In this document: in pieces, positions 18,584 to 28,576 of the stretch
How the letters are laid out: every line of letters begins with the position of its first letter
Numbering within the stretch: the first letter of the stretch is position 1
IMG/VR virus record: IMGVR_UViG_3300032030_000038
Location: 35,425 to 99,424 of that record
DNA from: a virus
Taxonomy: Duplodnaviria > Caudoviricetes
Length of the DNA: 64,000 bases
Reading direction: 5' to 3' (one strand)
The notes under the pieces: model-generated
Databases searched by the model: none
Seen by the model: the letters and a program-made list of their open reading frames with translations, nothing else
What the model was told of the DNA's origin: nothing
Translations under genes and position numbers: made by a program

Positions 18584-20183
18584 ATACTTTATTAATTAAT
18601 GTTTGTAATTTCATTTTATCATAAATATCATAATTATTCAAATACTTTGCAAATGAATCTTTATAAAATTCCTTTGCCAATTCTATACTAAACTGCTTCT
18701 TAACATCCTTGGTGGATAGCATACCGTTTTTTATATACGATTTAATAAAAGAGTCCGGGGATTGCAAAGGCATTATGAATTTATAATTATTTATCACTTT
18801 GTTTTTTGCTGATATAAAAGTGCTTGTTTTAGTATCGAAGTAAGGCATAGTATTAAAATAATTACTTTTTCCAGACATAGTATCAAGAATATCATAAGGA
18901 TAACAATCATAATATTCACTAATTAAATCAAGAGCCACGAGTATTTTAGGATGATATAATAAGTTTCCATTTACGAAAGCATAAAAATTCTTTACTGAAA
19001 AATTATTATTTTGATTTATCTTAAGTCCTGATTTTGACAAACTGTATATACCATCGGCAGGTAAATCCCCATCCATATAAATACATCCGTCAAAATAAAC
19101 TCTATCACAATCAAGTGTTGTATCATCGGGAGAATGTGTCTTTTTTAAATATTGAATAGCTTCCAAAGTACACATATTACTAAGTTCATTAGGAACTTTT
19201 ACTGGCAACTCATCTAAAAACAAACTAGGGTGTGACTCAACTAATTCGTTTGAAGACTCTTTATTTGTTTCTACCGTTTTGTTAGTAGTACTTACAGTAC
19301 CCCAATCATAATCATCAATATCATAATCATTATAATAAGGATAAGAAGGATTGTATACTAAAGGGAGTTCAGGATCTTTTTTAGTGCTATTATAAGTGCT
19401 AGTATAAGTACTTGAAGTAGAAATTTCAATTTGTACAAGATTAGAACGATCATACTCTTGAACTTTATATAATTGATATCCTTCTATCATATAAAGGGTA
19501 TTCGTTTCAATAGAAACAAATCCTTTATTATTCAAATATACATTATTATACCTTTCAAGATGTTCTTTTAAAGAACTGAACCAATAACCATTAGTATCTT
19601 TTAACAAAAACAGAGGTCTTTCTTCATCAGTATTTGAAGTTTTGTACTTTTTTGACGCTCCTTTAAAAATATGAACTACAGGTTTTCTTTCTTTATTTTG
19701 CCTGTAATCAACTGTAACAAAAGCGCCAGTACCTGTATATTCCGAGAGTACATCATACCCACAAAAATATATTATATAAGCCATTACTTGACTATCAGTA
19801 TACCCCTCTGCATTAGTAAGATACTTATCACGCAAATCTTCATAATTAGAAATGGTTCCATTATGAATCAATACAAAATCAACCTCATCGTTATCATTTG
19901 TAATAACTACAGGCTGAGCATTTTCCAATGAAGTTACACCTATAGATGTTTTTCTGTCATGACCAATTATAATATGGGCTTTTTTAGTTTTATTAAACAA
20001 CTTGCTTGTTTTATAAAAACTATCAAATTTTTTCTTGTCATCAACCCCATATTCCACATTACCATCTATAAACAATCCGCATGAATCTCCTCCTCTAGTG
20101 TCATTATGTATTCCTAAATTACAAAGCAGTAATTTATTAAATTCAGTTCTTTCTTTTCCTATAAATCCAAATAAACCACACAT
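18564..20183 (-). CDS. Class II (Ntn) glutamine amidotransferase with long C-terminal extension
   Basis: N-terminal MCGLFG, RGGDSCG, GHDRK, NAQP, HNGTI, TDSQ, ERPLF. Confidence 0.9.
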   Translation of the reverse strand: MCGLFGFIGKERTEFNKLLLCNLGIHNDTRGGDSCGLFIDGNVEYGVDDKKKFDSFYKTSKLFNKTKKAHIIIGHDRKTSIGVTSLENAQPVVITNDNDEVDFVLIHNGTISNYEDLRDKYLTNAEGYTDSQVMAYIIYFCGYDVLSEYTGTGAFVTVDYRQNKERKPVVHIFKGASKKYKTSNTDEERPLFLLKDTNGYWFSSLKEHLERYNNVYLNNKGFVSIETNTLYMIEGYQLYKVQEYDRSNLVQIEISTSSTYTSTYNSTKKDPELPLVYNPSYPYYNDYDIDDYDWGTVSTTNKTVETNKESSNELVESHPSLFLDELPVKVPNELSNMCTLEAIQYLKKTHSPDDTTLDCDRVYFDGCIYMDGDLPADGIYSLSKSGLKINQNNNFSVKNFYAFVNGNLLYHPKILVALDLISEYYDCYPYDILDTMSGKSNYFNTMPYFDTKTSTFISAKNKVINNYKFIMPLQSPDSFIKSYIKNGMLSTKDVKKQFSIELAKEFYKDSFAKYLNNYDIYDKMKLQTLINKVYESIIA

Positions 20184-20185
20184 AT

Positions 20186-20983
20186 TTATATTAAATTAAA
20201 TTCATTGATTAATTCTATTGCTTGTTTAGCATTTGATTTATTAATTATACTCACTATTTTTTGGTAAGGTGGCAGTTGTTTTCCTTTTAAAAATGCTTCA
20301 ATTGCAAGACGTACTCTTTTTTGTACCCATCTTACAGTTTTTTCATCTTGAAGAAAAGCTCCGGATAACACTCTCCACTCCACTCCCCAACGTTGAAATC
20401 TGAAACAACCAGCCTTTCCATACAATGTCCGTCTGTTTTTATCCTTATCTAATATAATGGAAGGAATGCCTACATAAGCATCAAGATATTTTATAATCTC
20501 AAGACTTGTTTCAATCATAGGATTATCATACCCTATATGAATATGAAAACCACTACTTCTAAAATTAGGAGCAATTAATTCAGGTTTTTTATTTTGCTTT
20601 TGATTATATGCATTATAATCAGGATCACAACCAAATAAACAAGCCTGTTCATTATTAAGATATTTTTCAGGGATGAATTGACTTGCCGAGGGTTTTAATA
20701 TTAGATGAGATTGTTCTTTTTCAAGATATTCATTAATATAGTTCTTCATAGACAGAATATCAACAATGAAATCATCGTTTTCAAATAATTTACTTGCAGG
20801 AATATTGAATTCTGCAAGAACATTATCAGTTTGCATTGCAAATCCCTCACCTAATTCATCGACTTGATACGGAATTTCTTTTGTTCCGGGGATATAACCT
20901 ATTGCTGAAGCAAATTCATTTTCTTCAGTATTGAATACAAAACATTCGGGATCGGCTCCTATTGTTATATTTTTAATTTGCAT
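20186..20983 (-). CDS. phiEco32-like COOH-NH2 ligase type 2
   Basis: IGADPE, GTKE.P, DNVLAEFNIP, FGCDPDYNAY, RSSGFHIHIG, RR.LYGKAG.FR, GVEWRVLS. Confidence 0.9.
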   Translation of the reverse strand: MQIKNITIGADPECFVFNTEENEFASAIGYIPGTKEIPYQVDELGEGFAMQTDNVLAEFNIPASKLFENDDFIVDILSMKNYINEYLEKEQSHLILKPSASQFIPEKYLNNEQACLFGCDPDYNAYNQKQNKKPELIAPNFRSSGFHIHIGYDNPMIETSLEIIKYLDAYVGIPSIILDKDKNRRTLYGKAGCFRFQRWGVEWRVLSGAFLQDEKTVRWVQKRVRLAIEAFLKGKQLPPYQKIVSIINKSNAKQAIELINEFNLI

Positions 20984-21566
20984 AGTAGTTAATTATATTA
21001 TTTATTATTTTTATAAATTTATCATCATTATTCATCCATTCAGGATGTCCCTGAATAGCAAGCATCTTTGTTTTTGGATACCAAATTACTTCTGGCTCGT
21101 AAGGAGGGTTCTCAAGACCGTCTGAATAATAATGATCACTTCTTGACTCGGTAGACCAAGCCAATACATCATAATTTTCATTAGGTAGATTAAACGGATA
21201 ACACATTTGATGATGACATGAAGTAACCATACAAGTATCACCGTTTTTAAATGTTATTTCATGCTCTCCAAAATGTCCTGTAACATCTTGAATAAGTTTA
21301 CCTCCGTTATAAGCGGTAATCATTTGAGCACCTCTGCAAATGCCAATAATAAATTTATTTTCTTCATGGGCTTTACCGAGTAAAGTCCATTGAATATAAT
21401 CCAAATGTTGGTTTATTCCCCTTGTTGCCACATTTTTACTATTATATAAACTCGGGGAAATATCAGCACCACCCGGTAAAATTACAAAACTTGAATCATT
21501 GAATTCATTACTTCTTACAGTATCCTTTATAAAACTGTATCTATTACTTGAAAAATAATACTTCAT
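20973..21566 (-). CDS. Class I glutamine amidotransferase / peptidase C26 (gamma-glutamyl hydrolase-like)
   Basis: PGGADISP, GICRGAQ nucleophile, SCHHQ, QGHPE His-Glu; TAATG overlap with the upstream gene. Confidence 0.9.
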   Translation of the reverse strand: MKYYFSSNRYSFIKDTVRSNEFNDSSFVILPGGADISPSLYNSKNVATRGINQHLDYIQWTLLGKAHEENKFIIGICRGAQMITAYNGGKLIQDVTGHFGEHEITFKNGDTCMVTSCHHQMCYPFNLPNENYDVLAWSTESRSDHYYSDGLENPPYEPEVIWYPKTKMLAIQGHPEWMNNDDKFIKIINNIINYYAN

Positions 21567-22423
21567 TATTCTATGCAATTTGAATCCTTATATTCTTTTA
21601 ATTTTTTATTAATATAATAACTTAAATAATGTACATAAGCATCAAAAACTTTTTCATAAGAATCATATTTATCAAATTTATTTTCAATATTTCGTTTTAT
21701 AGATCTGTTTAATTGAATATCAGTTAGTCTGTCAACTGAAAAAAGATTCCTATTTATACTATTACAAAATATATGATAATTCATTCGTTCTAAAATTTCA
21801 TTAAGACAATTCGGGTCAAAACGATGATGGGAATCAAAACAAATTCTTCTGGGATCATTATTTAAAAATAAATCATCACCCATACTCCACATATACATAT
21901 TATCAATAAGAAAAACCAACTCAAGTAAACTTAAATTATATTTGTTTGATTTCCAAATATTATAAGCAATTTTTAATGTTACAGACAATAAAAATCTGTA
22001 AAATCTTCTACACATATTTAATATAAGTAGAATTTGTGGTCTGGTTGCTTCAGTAAATATTAAATATAATTTAATAAAGTCATCGTGTTCTTCTATTGAA
22101 TAATCCATAAAAGGAAAATTCAATTTTAAATAATTAAGAATTTCAGTTATTTCATCTATAGAAAAATTTAGTTTATTATCTTTATAATATGTTGCGTTAT
22201 AACCTTCATTATCGATTTGAAAATTTTTATAAATCTTTAAAATTACTGTGCCACTGTTTTTATTAAAAGGTAAAAATCCACGTCCTCTCATCAATGCTCC
22301 AAAGCATATATAACCATTTTCCGGAACTTCAAATTCTACTGATGAATAAATATTAGCAGCACTCCAAGTCAAAAATTTTATTTTATTATTTGTATTTCCA
22401 ATTTTAATATTATTAGTTCTCAT
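21566..22423 (-). CDS. Hypothetical protein inside the ligase cluster
   Basis: 285-aa ORF overlapping both neighbours; no motif recognised. Confidence 0.7.
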   Translation of the reverse strand: MRTNNIKIGNTNNKIKFLTWSAANIYSSVEFEVPENGYICFGALMRGRGFLPFNKNSGTVILKIYKNFQIDNEGYNATYYKDNKLNFSIDEITEILNYLKLNFPFMDYSIEEHDDFIKLYLIFTEATRPQILLILNMCRRFYRFLLSVTLKIAYNIWKSNKYNLSLLELVFLIDNMYMWSMGDDLFLNNDPRRICFDSHHRFDPNCLNEILERMNYHIFCNSINRNLFSVDRLTDIQLNRSIKRNIENKFDKYDSYEKVFDAYVHYLSYYINKKLKEYKDSNCIE

Positions 22424-23186
22424 TGCTTACAATTTTTTTTAATTCGTTAATATATTTAGGAGCACTTTCCTCACCAAGTGCAGGTGCTGAATTGGTTTCA
22501 AGAATAATAAAATCAGGATGTTCTTGTTTATTACTTTGAACTTTTACATCAACACAACCTATTTCCAAACCTACAGCAGCAATTGCCTTCTGGCATTCAG
22601 CTACAATCTCATCCCAATTTACAGGCTTGTCAAACATTTCATTATCTTCTCTAATCCACACAGTATTTATATGATGTCTATGCCATCTTTCAGTTGCATC
22701 GTTTTTGAGCATCTTTCTATTAGCATGAAAACACCCGAATTTATCGACATGCAATCTATATTCACGAACGTATTTATGATATTTTTCAATAATATAATTA
22801 TTAAGATTGCTATTATGTGAGTTAATAAATTCAGTCATTTCTTCAGCATTTTGTATATAATATATACCTTTGCCTTTTGAAGAATGAATATGTTTAATAA
22901 TCAAAGGATAATTCTCATTGAATTCATCCGTGTTATCAAATGTCCACCACTGTGCAGTTTTAACATTGTGTTTATCAAATGCACGTTTCATAAGATATTT
23001 GTCATTTGAGGTTTTACACGCTTCTACCGTGTTGATTTCCCTTATTAATTCGGGATGTTTACAATGTTTAAACACTTCATTTGTCGGAGTAAAACTGCCT
23101 AATCTATATACAGTAGGCCTGGTTACTTCAATTTGGTTTCTTAATAAATTTGCCGAATGATTACGGCTTCTTACTTTTAAAAACAT
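22413..23186 (-). CDS. ATP-grasp ligase (RimK/YheCD-like)
   Basis: N...C.TS.DK, YPLIIK..HSSKGKGI, IIEKY, EYRLHV, GCVDV, ILETNSAP. Confidence 0.9.
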   Translation of the reverse strand: MFLKVRSRNHSANLLRNQIEVTRPTVYRLGSFTPTNEVFKHCKHPELIREINTVEACKTSNDKYLMKRAFDKHNVKTAQWWTFDNTDEFNENYPLIIKHIHSSKGKGIYYIQNAEEMTEFINSHNSNLNNYIIEKYHKYVREYRLHVDKFGCFHANRKMLKNDATERWHRHHINTVWIREDNEMFDKPVNWDEIVAECQKAIAAVGLEIGCVDVKVQSNKQEHPDFIILETNSAPALGEESAPKYINELKKIVSNEN

Positions 23187-23190
23187 AGTT

Positions 23191-24153
23191 TTAATTAAAT
23201 AAGTTATTAAAATATTCTATAAATTTTTTTCTTTTATAAGTTTTAAAAAAGTCACTTGGATCTTTTACACCGAGCGTATTATCTATTTCTGTATAAACTA
23301 AATCATATTTCTTGGAAAGTTCCTTGCCAAATTTTTTACCTGTTTCATCATTATCAAGCAATACATAAACAGTTTTGAATCTTTCTTTTATTTGATTTAT
23401 AATCTTGTCTTTTGGAAAGTAAGTCTCACCTTGAAGACAAGTTGCCGGAATACCTATATTGGCCCACAAACACAAAGCATCCTTTCTTGATGAGGTTATA
23501 ATAAGTTTATTTCCAGAGGCTGGTAACTGACGCCATAAATCCCACACAGACTTATCATGGCTGCTCATCCATTTGCATCTTTTACTATAAGGTTGATAAA
23601 TTTTAAATGTTGTTTTGTTGTCTTTGAATTCCGCATATGCATAAGCATACTTTTCAGCAGGTATATCCAATTCATTATTGTCTTTGTTTATAAAAATGTC
23701 TTTTATAGGATATATATTACCAAAAACAAGCCATTCTTTTGAAATACCATACTTATTCCAAAATTCAAAGTCATAATCTTGCCAGTCTCTTATTGAAATA
23801 TTTATACCAATATTATTATTGTTTCTTTTAATTGGTCTTGTAACTTTTATTGTTTTACCAGGCTTGAAATTAAATTCCTGACCTATTTTCAATAAAACTG
23901 TATTATAGTCACAATTGAATTTTTTTTTGAGAAGTCCATAAATATCCCAACATTCCTGTGTGGCAAAATCTTTGAACAATAATTTACCAGACTTATTATA
24001 AAATATTGAAAATGAAGGATTTTTATCTTTTCTAAAAGGTGAATTTATTACACATGGAATATGATTTATATTACCAAAAAAGTGAGTGAAGATTTCTTCT
24101 TCACTCACTTTAATGTCATCAATACTGGCTATTGGTTTAGAAAGGGAGATCAT
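23191..24153 (-). CDS. DNA primase (crAss type, TOPRIM)
   Basis: SPFRKDKNPSF, FKDFAT, KIYQP, ITSSRKD, QGE, LDNDETG, KDPSD. Confidence 0.9.
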   Translation of the reverse strand: MISLSKPIASIDDIKVSEEEIFTHFFGNINHIPCVINSPFRKDKNPSFSIFYNKSGKLLFKDFATQECWDIYGLLKKKFNCDYNTVLLKIGQEFNFKPGKTIKVTRPIKRNNNNIGINISIRDWQDYDFEFWNKYGISKEWLVFGNIYPIKDIFINKDNNELDIPAEKYAYAYAEFKDNKTTFKIYQPYSKRCKWMSSHDKSVWDLWRQLPASGNKLIITSSRKDALCLWANIGIPATCLQGETYFPKDKIINQIKERFKTVYVLLDNDETGKKFGKELSKKYDLVYTEIDNTLGVKDPSDFFKTYKRKKFIEYFNNLFN

Positions 24154-25057
24154 TCAAGTCACTCAAATCATTACTGCTTGTTTCAGGAATTGTATCAGGA
24201 ATAGGAGAATCGTTGGGAGTAACTACAGACTTTTCAGGAATATATTCATGAATAATCATAGCACTATATTCAACGTTTGCCATACCACCAGATTTCTTGT
24301 AATCTTCAATGTTCTTCTTATAGAAATTGGTGTATCCGTTGTTATTATTACGCATAAAATCTCTGGAAAAGATTGTTTGATATCTTCTTCCCTCAGAAGT
24401 GGTTTGCACACCAAACAACACCTTGATTTTATACACAACATTTTCCTTTGTTTCCTTTTCCTTTGCAGCTACAATCAATCCTTTGATTTCCTCCAACTTT
24501 CCAGACATAATATCTTCCCAATTAAGCTGAATGTCACAATTTTCTGCATCATTCACAGGAACAAATGTCTGTGCATTGTTGTCCCATCTTGTTCTGTCCT
24601 CAATACCAGCCCAATATTTGATAAACTTTGTAAGTTCAACTTCTCCACGCTTTGCAGGACGATAATCTCCAAACATCTTTGTCTTTGGAGGCAATGCTTT
24701 TGTCTGATACTGTTCTTTTGTTACCCAAGAAGATTCACCAAAATTGTCGATAACTTGAAACTTTGTTTTGTCTCTGTTTACATTAACTTCATTGGTACAG
24801 AAGAAATTAACATTCGAAATAATATCCACTTTATTATCATTATCAGTGGTTTGAACATAAATGGTAACTCTTGTTTGATTGACTTTCTTTCCATCAACTT
24901 CAATTTGAGTCTTATAAACAGGCTCATCATTTACATTAATACCAATTTCAGCAAGTTGCGCCTTATTGGGGTTTACACACAAGACTTTTACAGGAGCGAA
25001 TCCAACATAGCGTTTGAATGATTGAGTTTCTTCTACTTGTTTACCTAATTTAATCAT
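24137..25057 (-). CDS. Putative single-stranded DNA-binding protein
   Basis: Adjacent to primase; acidic tail ending DLPF; high-expression codon bias. Confidence 0.6.
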   Translation of the reverse strand: MIKLGKQVEETQSFKRYVGFAPVKVLCVNPNKAQLAEIGINVNDEPVYKTQIEVDGKKVNQTRVTIYVQTTDNDNKVDIISNVNFFCTNEVNVNRDKTKFQVIDNFGESSWVTKEQYQTKALPPKTKMFGDYRPAKRGEVELTKFIKYWAGIEDRTRWDNNAQTFVPVNDAENCDIQLNWEDIMSGKLEEIKGLIVAAKEKETKENVVYKIKVLFGVQTTSEGRRYQTIFSRDFMRNNNNGYTNFYKKNIEDYKKSGGMANVEYSAMIIHEYIPEKSVVTPNDSPIPDTIPETSSNDLSDLNDLPF

Positions 25058-25178
25058 AGTTAATTTATTTTAAGTTAATATAATATATAATTCTAATCAA
25101 AAATATTTTTTACATGTAAATTTTCTACATTAAAATTGTTTCAAGAATTGTTTGTTTCATATTATTTATAATTTGCTA

Positions 25179-25736
25179 TTATTGTAAATTGTCAACCCAC
25201 GCATTGCTTAATTCATTCGCATTTTCTTTGTTTTCCATGAAATCGAGTAATGCTGAATTAAATTCTGACATACCATTTTTTACAGTATTTTTGAAAATAA
25301 AATATTTACATATTTGCATATAAGTATAATCACCATTAAAAGATTGTATATATCTTTTGGTAGCATCTAAAACCTCATCAAAATTAAGTTGTATATTTAA
25401 TTTTATTTGAAGTTTGTCAAGCCTTTGAACAATTTCAGCATGACTCCCTCGCCATGAATGATTTGTACCTGGTTTTAAACCAAGCGGAAACTGACTCTGA
25501 ATAGCCTCTGCTATATTATTTATATTATTTTTTATCGGTTTAGGGGTCATATCTACCATTGACAAGATAACTTCTTGTACTTCAAGATTTTTAAAAGTTC
25601 CATCAGGATTTATATCTTCCGAAAACTTATTTAGAAAGTCTTGATAAGAAGCACATCTGGCAAGATTGTATAAATAATTAAAATCAGTGTCTGTAATATC
25701 AGAACCAAAAATGCTTAAAAATTCTTGTTTAGTCAT
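25179..25736 (-). CDS. Conserved crAss-like replication-region protein
   Basis: WRGS, VLDATKRYI, YMQ..KYFI.K pattern typical of this position in crAss-like genomes. Confidence 0.6.
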   Translation of the reverse strand: MTKQEFLSIFGSDITDTDFNYLYNLARCASYQDFLNKFSEDINPDGTFKNLEVQEVILSMVDMTPKPIKNNINNIAEAIQSQFPLGLKPGTNHSWRGSHAEIVQRLDKLQIKLNIQLNFDEVLDATKRYIQSFNGDYTYMQICKYFIFKNTVKNGMSEFNSALLDFMENKENANELSNAWVDNLQ

Positions 25737-25738
25737 AT

Positions 25739-26119
25739 TTACTTTACAAAATAATATTTTATATCACGAATTCCTTTATACTCAAGCCAATTTTGAATAT
25801 GTTCAAAATTTTCATATAATTTCGATGGAATATTGTCAATTATATAAATATAAGAACCATCCTCCAATTTAACTCTTGTATAAAATGCAGGATAGCCTTC
25901 ATAACGCTCTACCTCTTTAAAGACTTCATCAGACACTCCATATGTTTCCACATAAACAGGATTTGTTTTTGTATCCTTTAAAAGTGCTGGAAACTCTCCA
26001 AAATCAACCATTTTGTAAGGAAGGTCAATAACTCCTTTACGAATTAATTTCGAATCTTTAAGAATGTGATGAGCATGAGCTCCCTCTAATAAAGAGCCGT
26101 AAGTTGTGATTTTTTCCAT
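25739..26119 (-). CDS. Gamma-glutamylcyclotransferase (AIG2/GGCT-like)
   Basis: YGSL..G..H, FPAL, VETY.V, E.YEGYP.FY.R with the catalytic Glu. Confidence 0.85.
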   Translation of the reverse strand: MEKITTYGSLLEGAHAHHILKDSKLIRKGVIDLPYKMVDFGEFPALLKDTKTNPVYVETYGVSDEVFKEVERYEGYPAFYTRVKLEDGSYIYIIDNIPSKLYENFEHIQNWLEYKGIRDIKYYFVK

Positions 26120-26121
26120 AC

Positions 26122-26322
26122 TTAAACTTCACTTGAATTAGACATTAAATTATCATATACTTCCTGATTTAAATCAAGAAGTAAAATTTGTTTAGCCAAG
26201 GTTCGTATTTGATTAATATTTGTAATATTATTAGGGAATGCCCCGTCAAATACAAACCACTCTGTTCTTAATTGGTCCATTAGGAATTTGAAATGTTGGA
26301 CTTTTTTTGGTAATTCTTCCAT
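26122..26322 (-). CDS. Hypothetical protein
   Basis: 66-aa ORF in operon spacing. Confidence 0.55.
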   Translation of the reverse strand: MEELPKKVQHFKFLMDQLRTEWFVFDGAFPNNITNINQIRTLAKQILLLDLNQEVYDNLMSNSSEV

Positions 26323-26375
26323 TGTTAACTTATTTTTATTGATTATTAGTCTCTTATTCTTCTTTTCTGTTCATA

Positions 26376-26570
26376 TCAGCCAAGTTTCAGAATATCATCA
26401 ATAGCATCATCAGGAGTGTAGAATAGATTGTCCGTCTTGAGGAACGGGTCAAAGCCACTCATGCCAAAGCATCGTCCTGTGTACACGATACCTTCCCATA
26501 GGTACCCAAGGTGACCGTCATCATCGGTGACAACTGAATGCGCAGTGAAAAAGTATTCTTGTTGTTTCAT
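26376..26570 (-). CDS. Hypothetical protein (GC-richer)
   Basis: 64-aa ORF. Confidence 0.55.
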   Translation of the reverse strand: MKQQEYFFTAHSVVTDDDGHLGYLWEGIVYTGRCFGMSGFDPFLKTDNLFYTPDDAIDDILKLG

Positions 26571-26582
26571 ATCACTCGCAAA

Positions 26583-27014
26583 TTATTCTTCAGTTTCCGG
26601 TTTGCCCAACTTGTAATGACACACGATCTTCTTGGTGAGTCCAGCATAGTATACTGGGATCCCGTTCTCATCGACATACTTCTTGAGCGCGTTCAGCACA
26701 TTGGTGAAGCTTTCTGTCCATCCTATAGAGAATGATGTCTCAAAGCCATAGAAGTTTCGTGGCAGTTTTTCGGCAATTTCCTTTCCTTCTCTTAAAAACC
26801 AGTGCCCGTCGTCTTCTCCGATAAAGTATAGCTGGTCTACTATACATACTACAGCGCCGCAGCCCCAAAGAGAAATTGCAATATTGTCGTTGTATCTGAC
26901 AACTCCTGGCTTAGCACCATTGAATATGCTGTAGTCATCAGAGTCTTGGTTATAGTGATTGTTCAGCCAGCTCACGATTGATTCGAGTTCAGTTTTATCG
27001 TTCATATTACTCAC
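26583..27014 (-). CDS. Hypothetical protein
   Basis: 143-aa ORF with EDDGHWF motif. Confidence 0.65.
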   Translation of the reverse strand: MSNMNDKTELESIVSWLNNHYNQDSDDYSIFNGAKPGVVRYNDNIAISLWGCGAVVCIVDQLYFIGEDDGHWFLREGKEIAEKLPRNFYGFETSFSIGWTESFTNVLNALKKYVDENGIPVYYAGLTKKIVCHYKLGKPETEE

Positions 27015-27182
27015 AAATTCATTTCAGATATTAAATACCATTCATCCTACGGTATTCTTTCCAAGTCATTTTCCTGCAAACTATATAATGTATATAAGCA
27101 ATCTTTTCCTGCAATTCCTGAAATGATAAGCTGCGTTTGGTCTTTTTAGTCTCTTTTTTCATAAATTTTATTTACTACATCT

Positions 27183-27401
27183 TTATCTCTCTATTTCTAT
27201 CTCTCTATTTTTCAAATATTGAATTATCACATCCTTGATATCTACATCTTGAGATGTGAGTTTCTTCTTGTATGACTCGACCAAGTTCTTGTAGTACTTC
27301 GCATCGCTCCCCCAAAAACTCCATCCCAGAAGCACGCTCAGTCCGATGCAACCGAGCATCGCTAAAATTATTACAATGAATCCGTCTATCATATCACTCA
27401 C
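27183..27401 (-). CDS. Small membrane-anchored protein
   Basis: N-terminal TM helix followed by a coiled coil. Confidence 0.55.
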   Translation of the reverse strand: MSDMIDGFIVIILAMLGCIGLSVLLGWSFWGSDAKYYKNLVESYKKKLTSQDVDIKDVIIQYLKNREIEIER

Positions 27402-28095
27402 AAATTATAAGTTCTTTAGCATACGGAAGACTCTCGATCCAAGCACAGAACTCGCCCCAGTCTTCTTTGAGTTTGTGGTTCTTGCGCTGTTTGTAGATGG
27501 TGGCAAGCTGTTCGTAGTTAGTAGAGCAGTGCACCCAGAGCTCAGCGCCCATCGGGCAGTTGGAGATGATGCGCATGTACAGGTCATAGAGCACATCGTC
27601 GGAAGTGTTCAGACTGAGCGAGTTTTGCGCATCTCGTTCGCTGAAGTATTGCTCGAGTAACACATAATAGTCTTTCCTCAGATCGATAAACACATCGAAC
27701 TGGTCTAGGTTCACGAACATCAGATTGTACAGTTGTATCATGCTGTTCATCAGCTTGATCTCAGTCACAGAAACATACCGGTTGCAGCATTTCGAGAAGT
27801 CCATCTTAGTTATGCAGTGCATCATTGATGTGCTGCTCACATATTGGAGAAAGTGATAGCGCTGGACCTGCTTTGTGAAGTACTGCGGGTACTTCAGATC
27901 AAAGGTGACCAGGATACCTGTTCTGAAATTTGTATGACCTGTACCACCACCAAGAGATGCAAGATGCTTACATCTCACTACTGCTTTTATAACATTTTCA
28001 TTCACAACTTCTTGAGGCTCGACAAGCATAGCATTTCCAGAAGCAACCATTGCTTCTTCAAGATTATAAACATGTGTGTTTTTAATTTCTACCAT
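27394..28095 (-). CDS. Divergent ThyX-like (flavin-dependent thymidylate synthase fold) protein
   Basis: GH.NF, FDL..P, Q.QRYH....SS.S.MH and NY.QL..IY.QR..H follow the ThyX layout, but the RHR signature is absent. Confidence 0.5.
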   Translation of the reverse strand: MVEIKNTHVYNLEEAMVASGNAMLVEPQEVVNENVIKAVVRCKHLASLGGGTGHTNFRTGILVTFDLKYPQYFTKQVQRYHFLQYVSSTSMMHCITKMDFSKCCNRYVSVTEIKLMNSMIQLYNLMFVNLDQFDVFIDLRKDYYVLLEQYFSERDAQNSLSLNTSDDVLYDLYMRIISNCPMGAELWVHCSTNYEQLATIYKQRKNHKLKEDWGEFCAWIESLPYAKELIICE

Positions 28096-28137
28096 ATCCA
28101 AAATATATTACTATGTTTTTTGATTGTTTTTTCATAT

Positions 28138-28572
28138 CTATTCAATTCTTTTATTGATAACACGCATATGTAGAACACTGAAATCACCATTCACAAACAA
28201 CGAACCATATTTAAATGAATTTGTTATGTCTTGTCCAATATCAATATGATTATAAAAGTCTTTGCAAACAGGTATTTCGAACTCAACGGCATTTATTTCA
28301 TTCTTTACATGTTCCCATATATCAAGTGTATATGTGCCCTGCTTAATTTTAAATTTCACAATATACGTTGGATCTTTGCCCTTAACCAAGGCATTTCGTT
28401 CATTAGTCAATGTAGTAATTTCAGCATTTAACTCAGAAATTGTATTTTCAAGTGATTGCTTCTGAGTATATAATGTATTGTATTCTTTTTGCAATTGCAT
28501 CTTTTCTTGAATGCTGTTACAAGAAATAAACAAACACATTGTGAAAAATAATATTAATTTTTTTATTTTCAT
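28138..28572 (-). CDS. Putative lipoprotein with coiled coil
   Basis: MKIKKLILFFTMCLFISC lipobox-like signal peptide. Confidence 0.65.
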   Translation of the reverse strand: MKIKKLILFFTMCLFISCNSIQEKMQLQKEYNTLYTQKQSLENTISELNAEITTLTNERNALVKGKDPTYIVKFKIKQGTYTLDIWEHVKNEINAVEFEIPVCKDFYNHIDIGQDITNSFKYGSLFVNGDFSVLHMRVINKRIE

Positions 28573-28576
28573 AATA

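Noticed and set aside
24086-25021. 311-aa + strand ORF
   Set aside because: Antisense shadow of the SSB candidate, explained by its codon bias; no motifs
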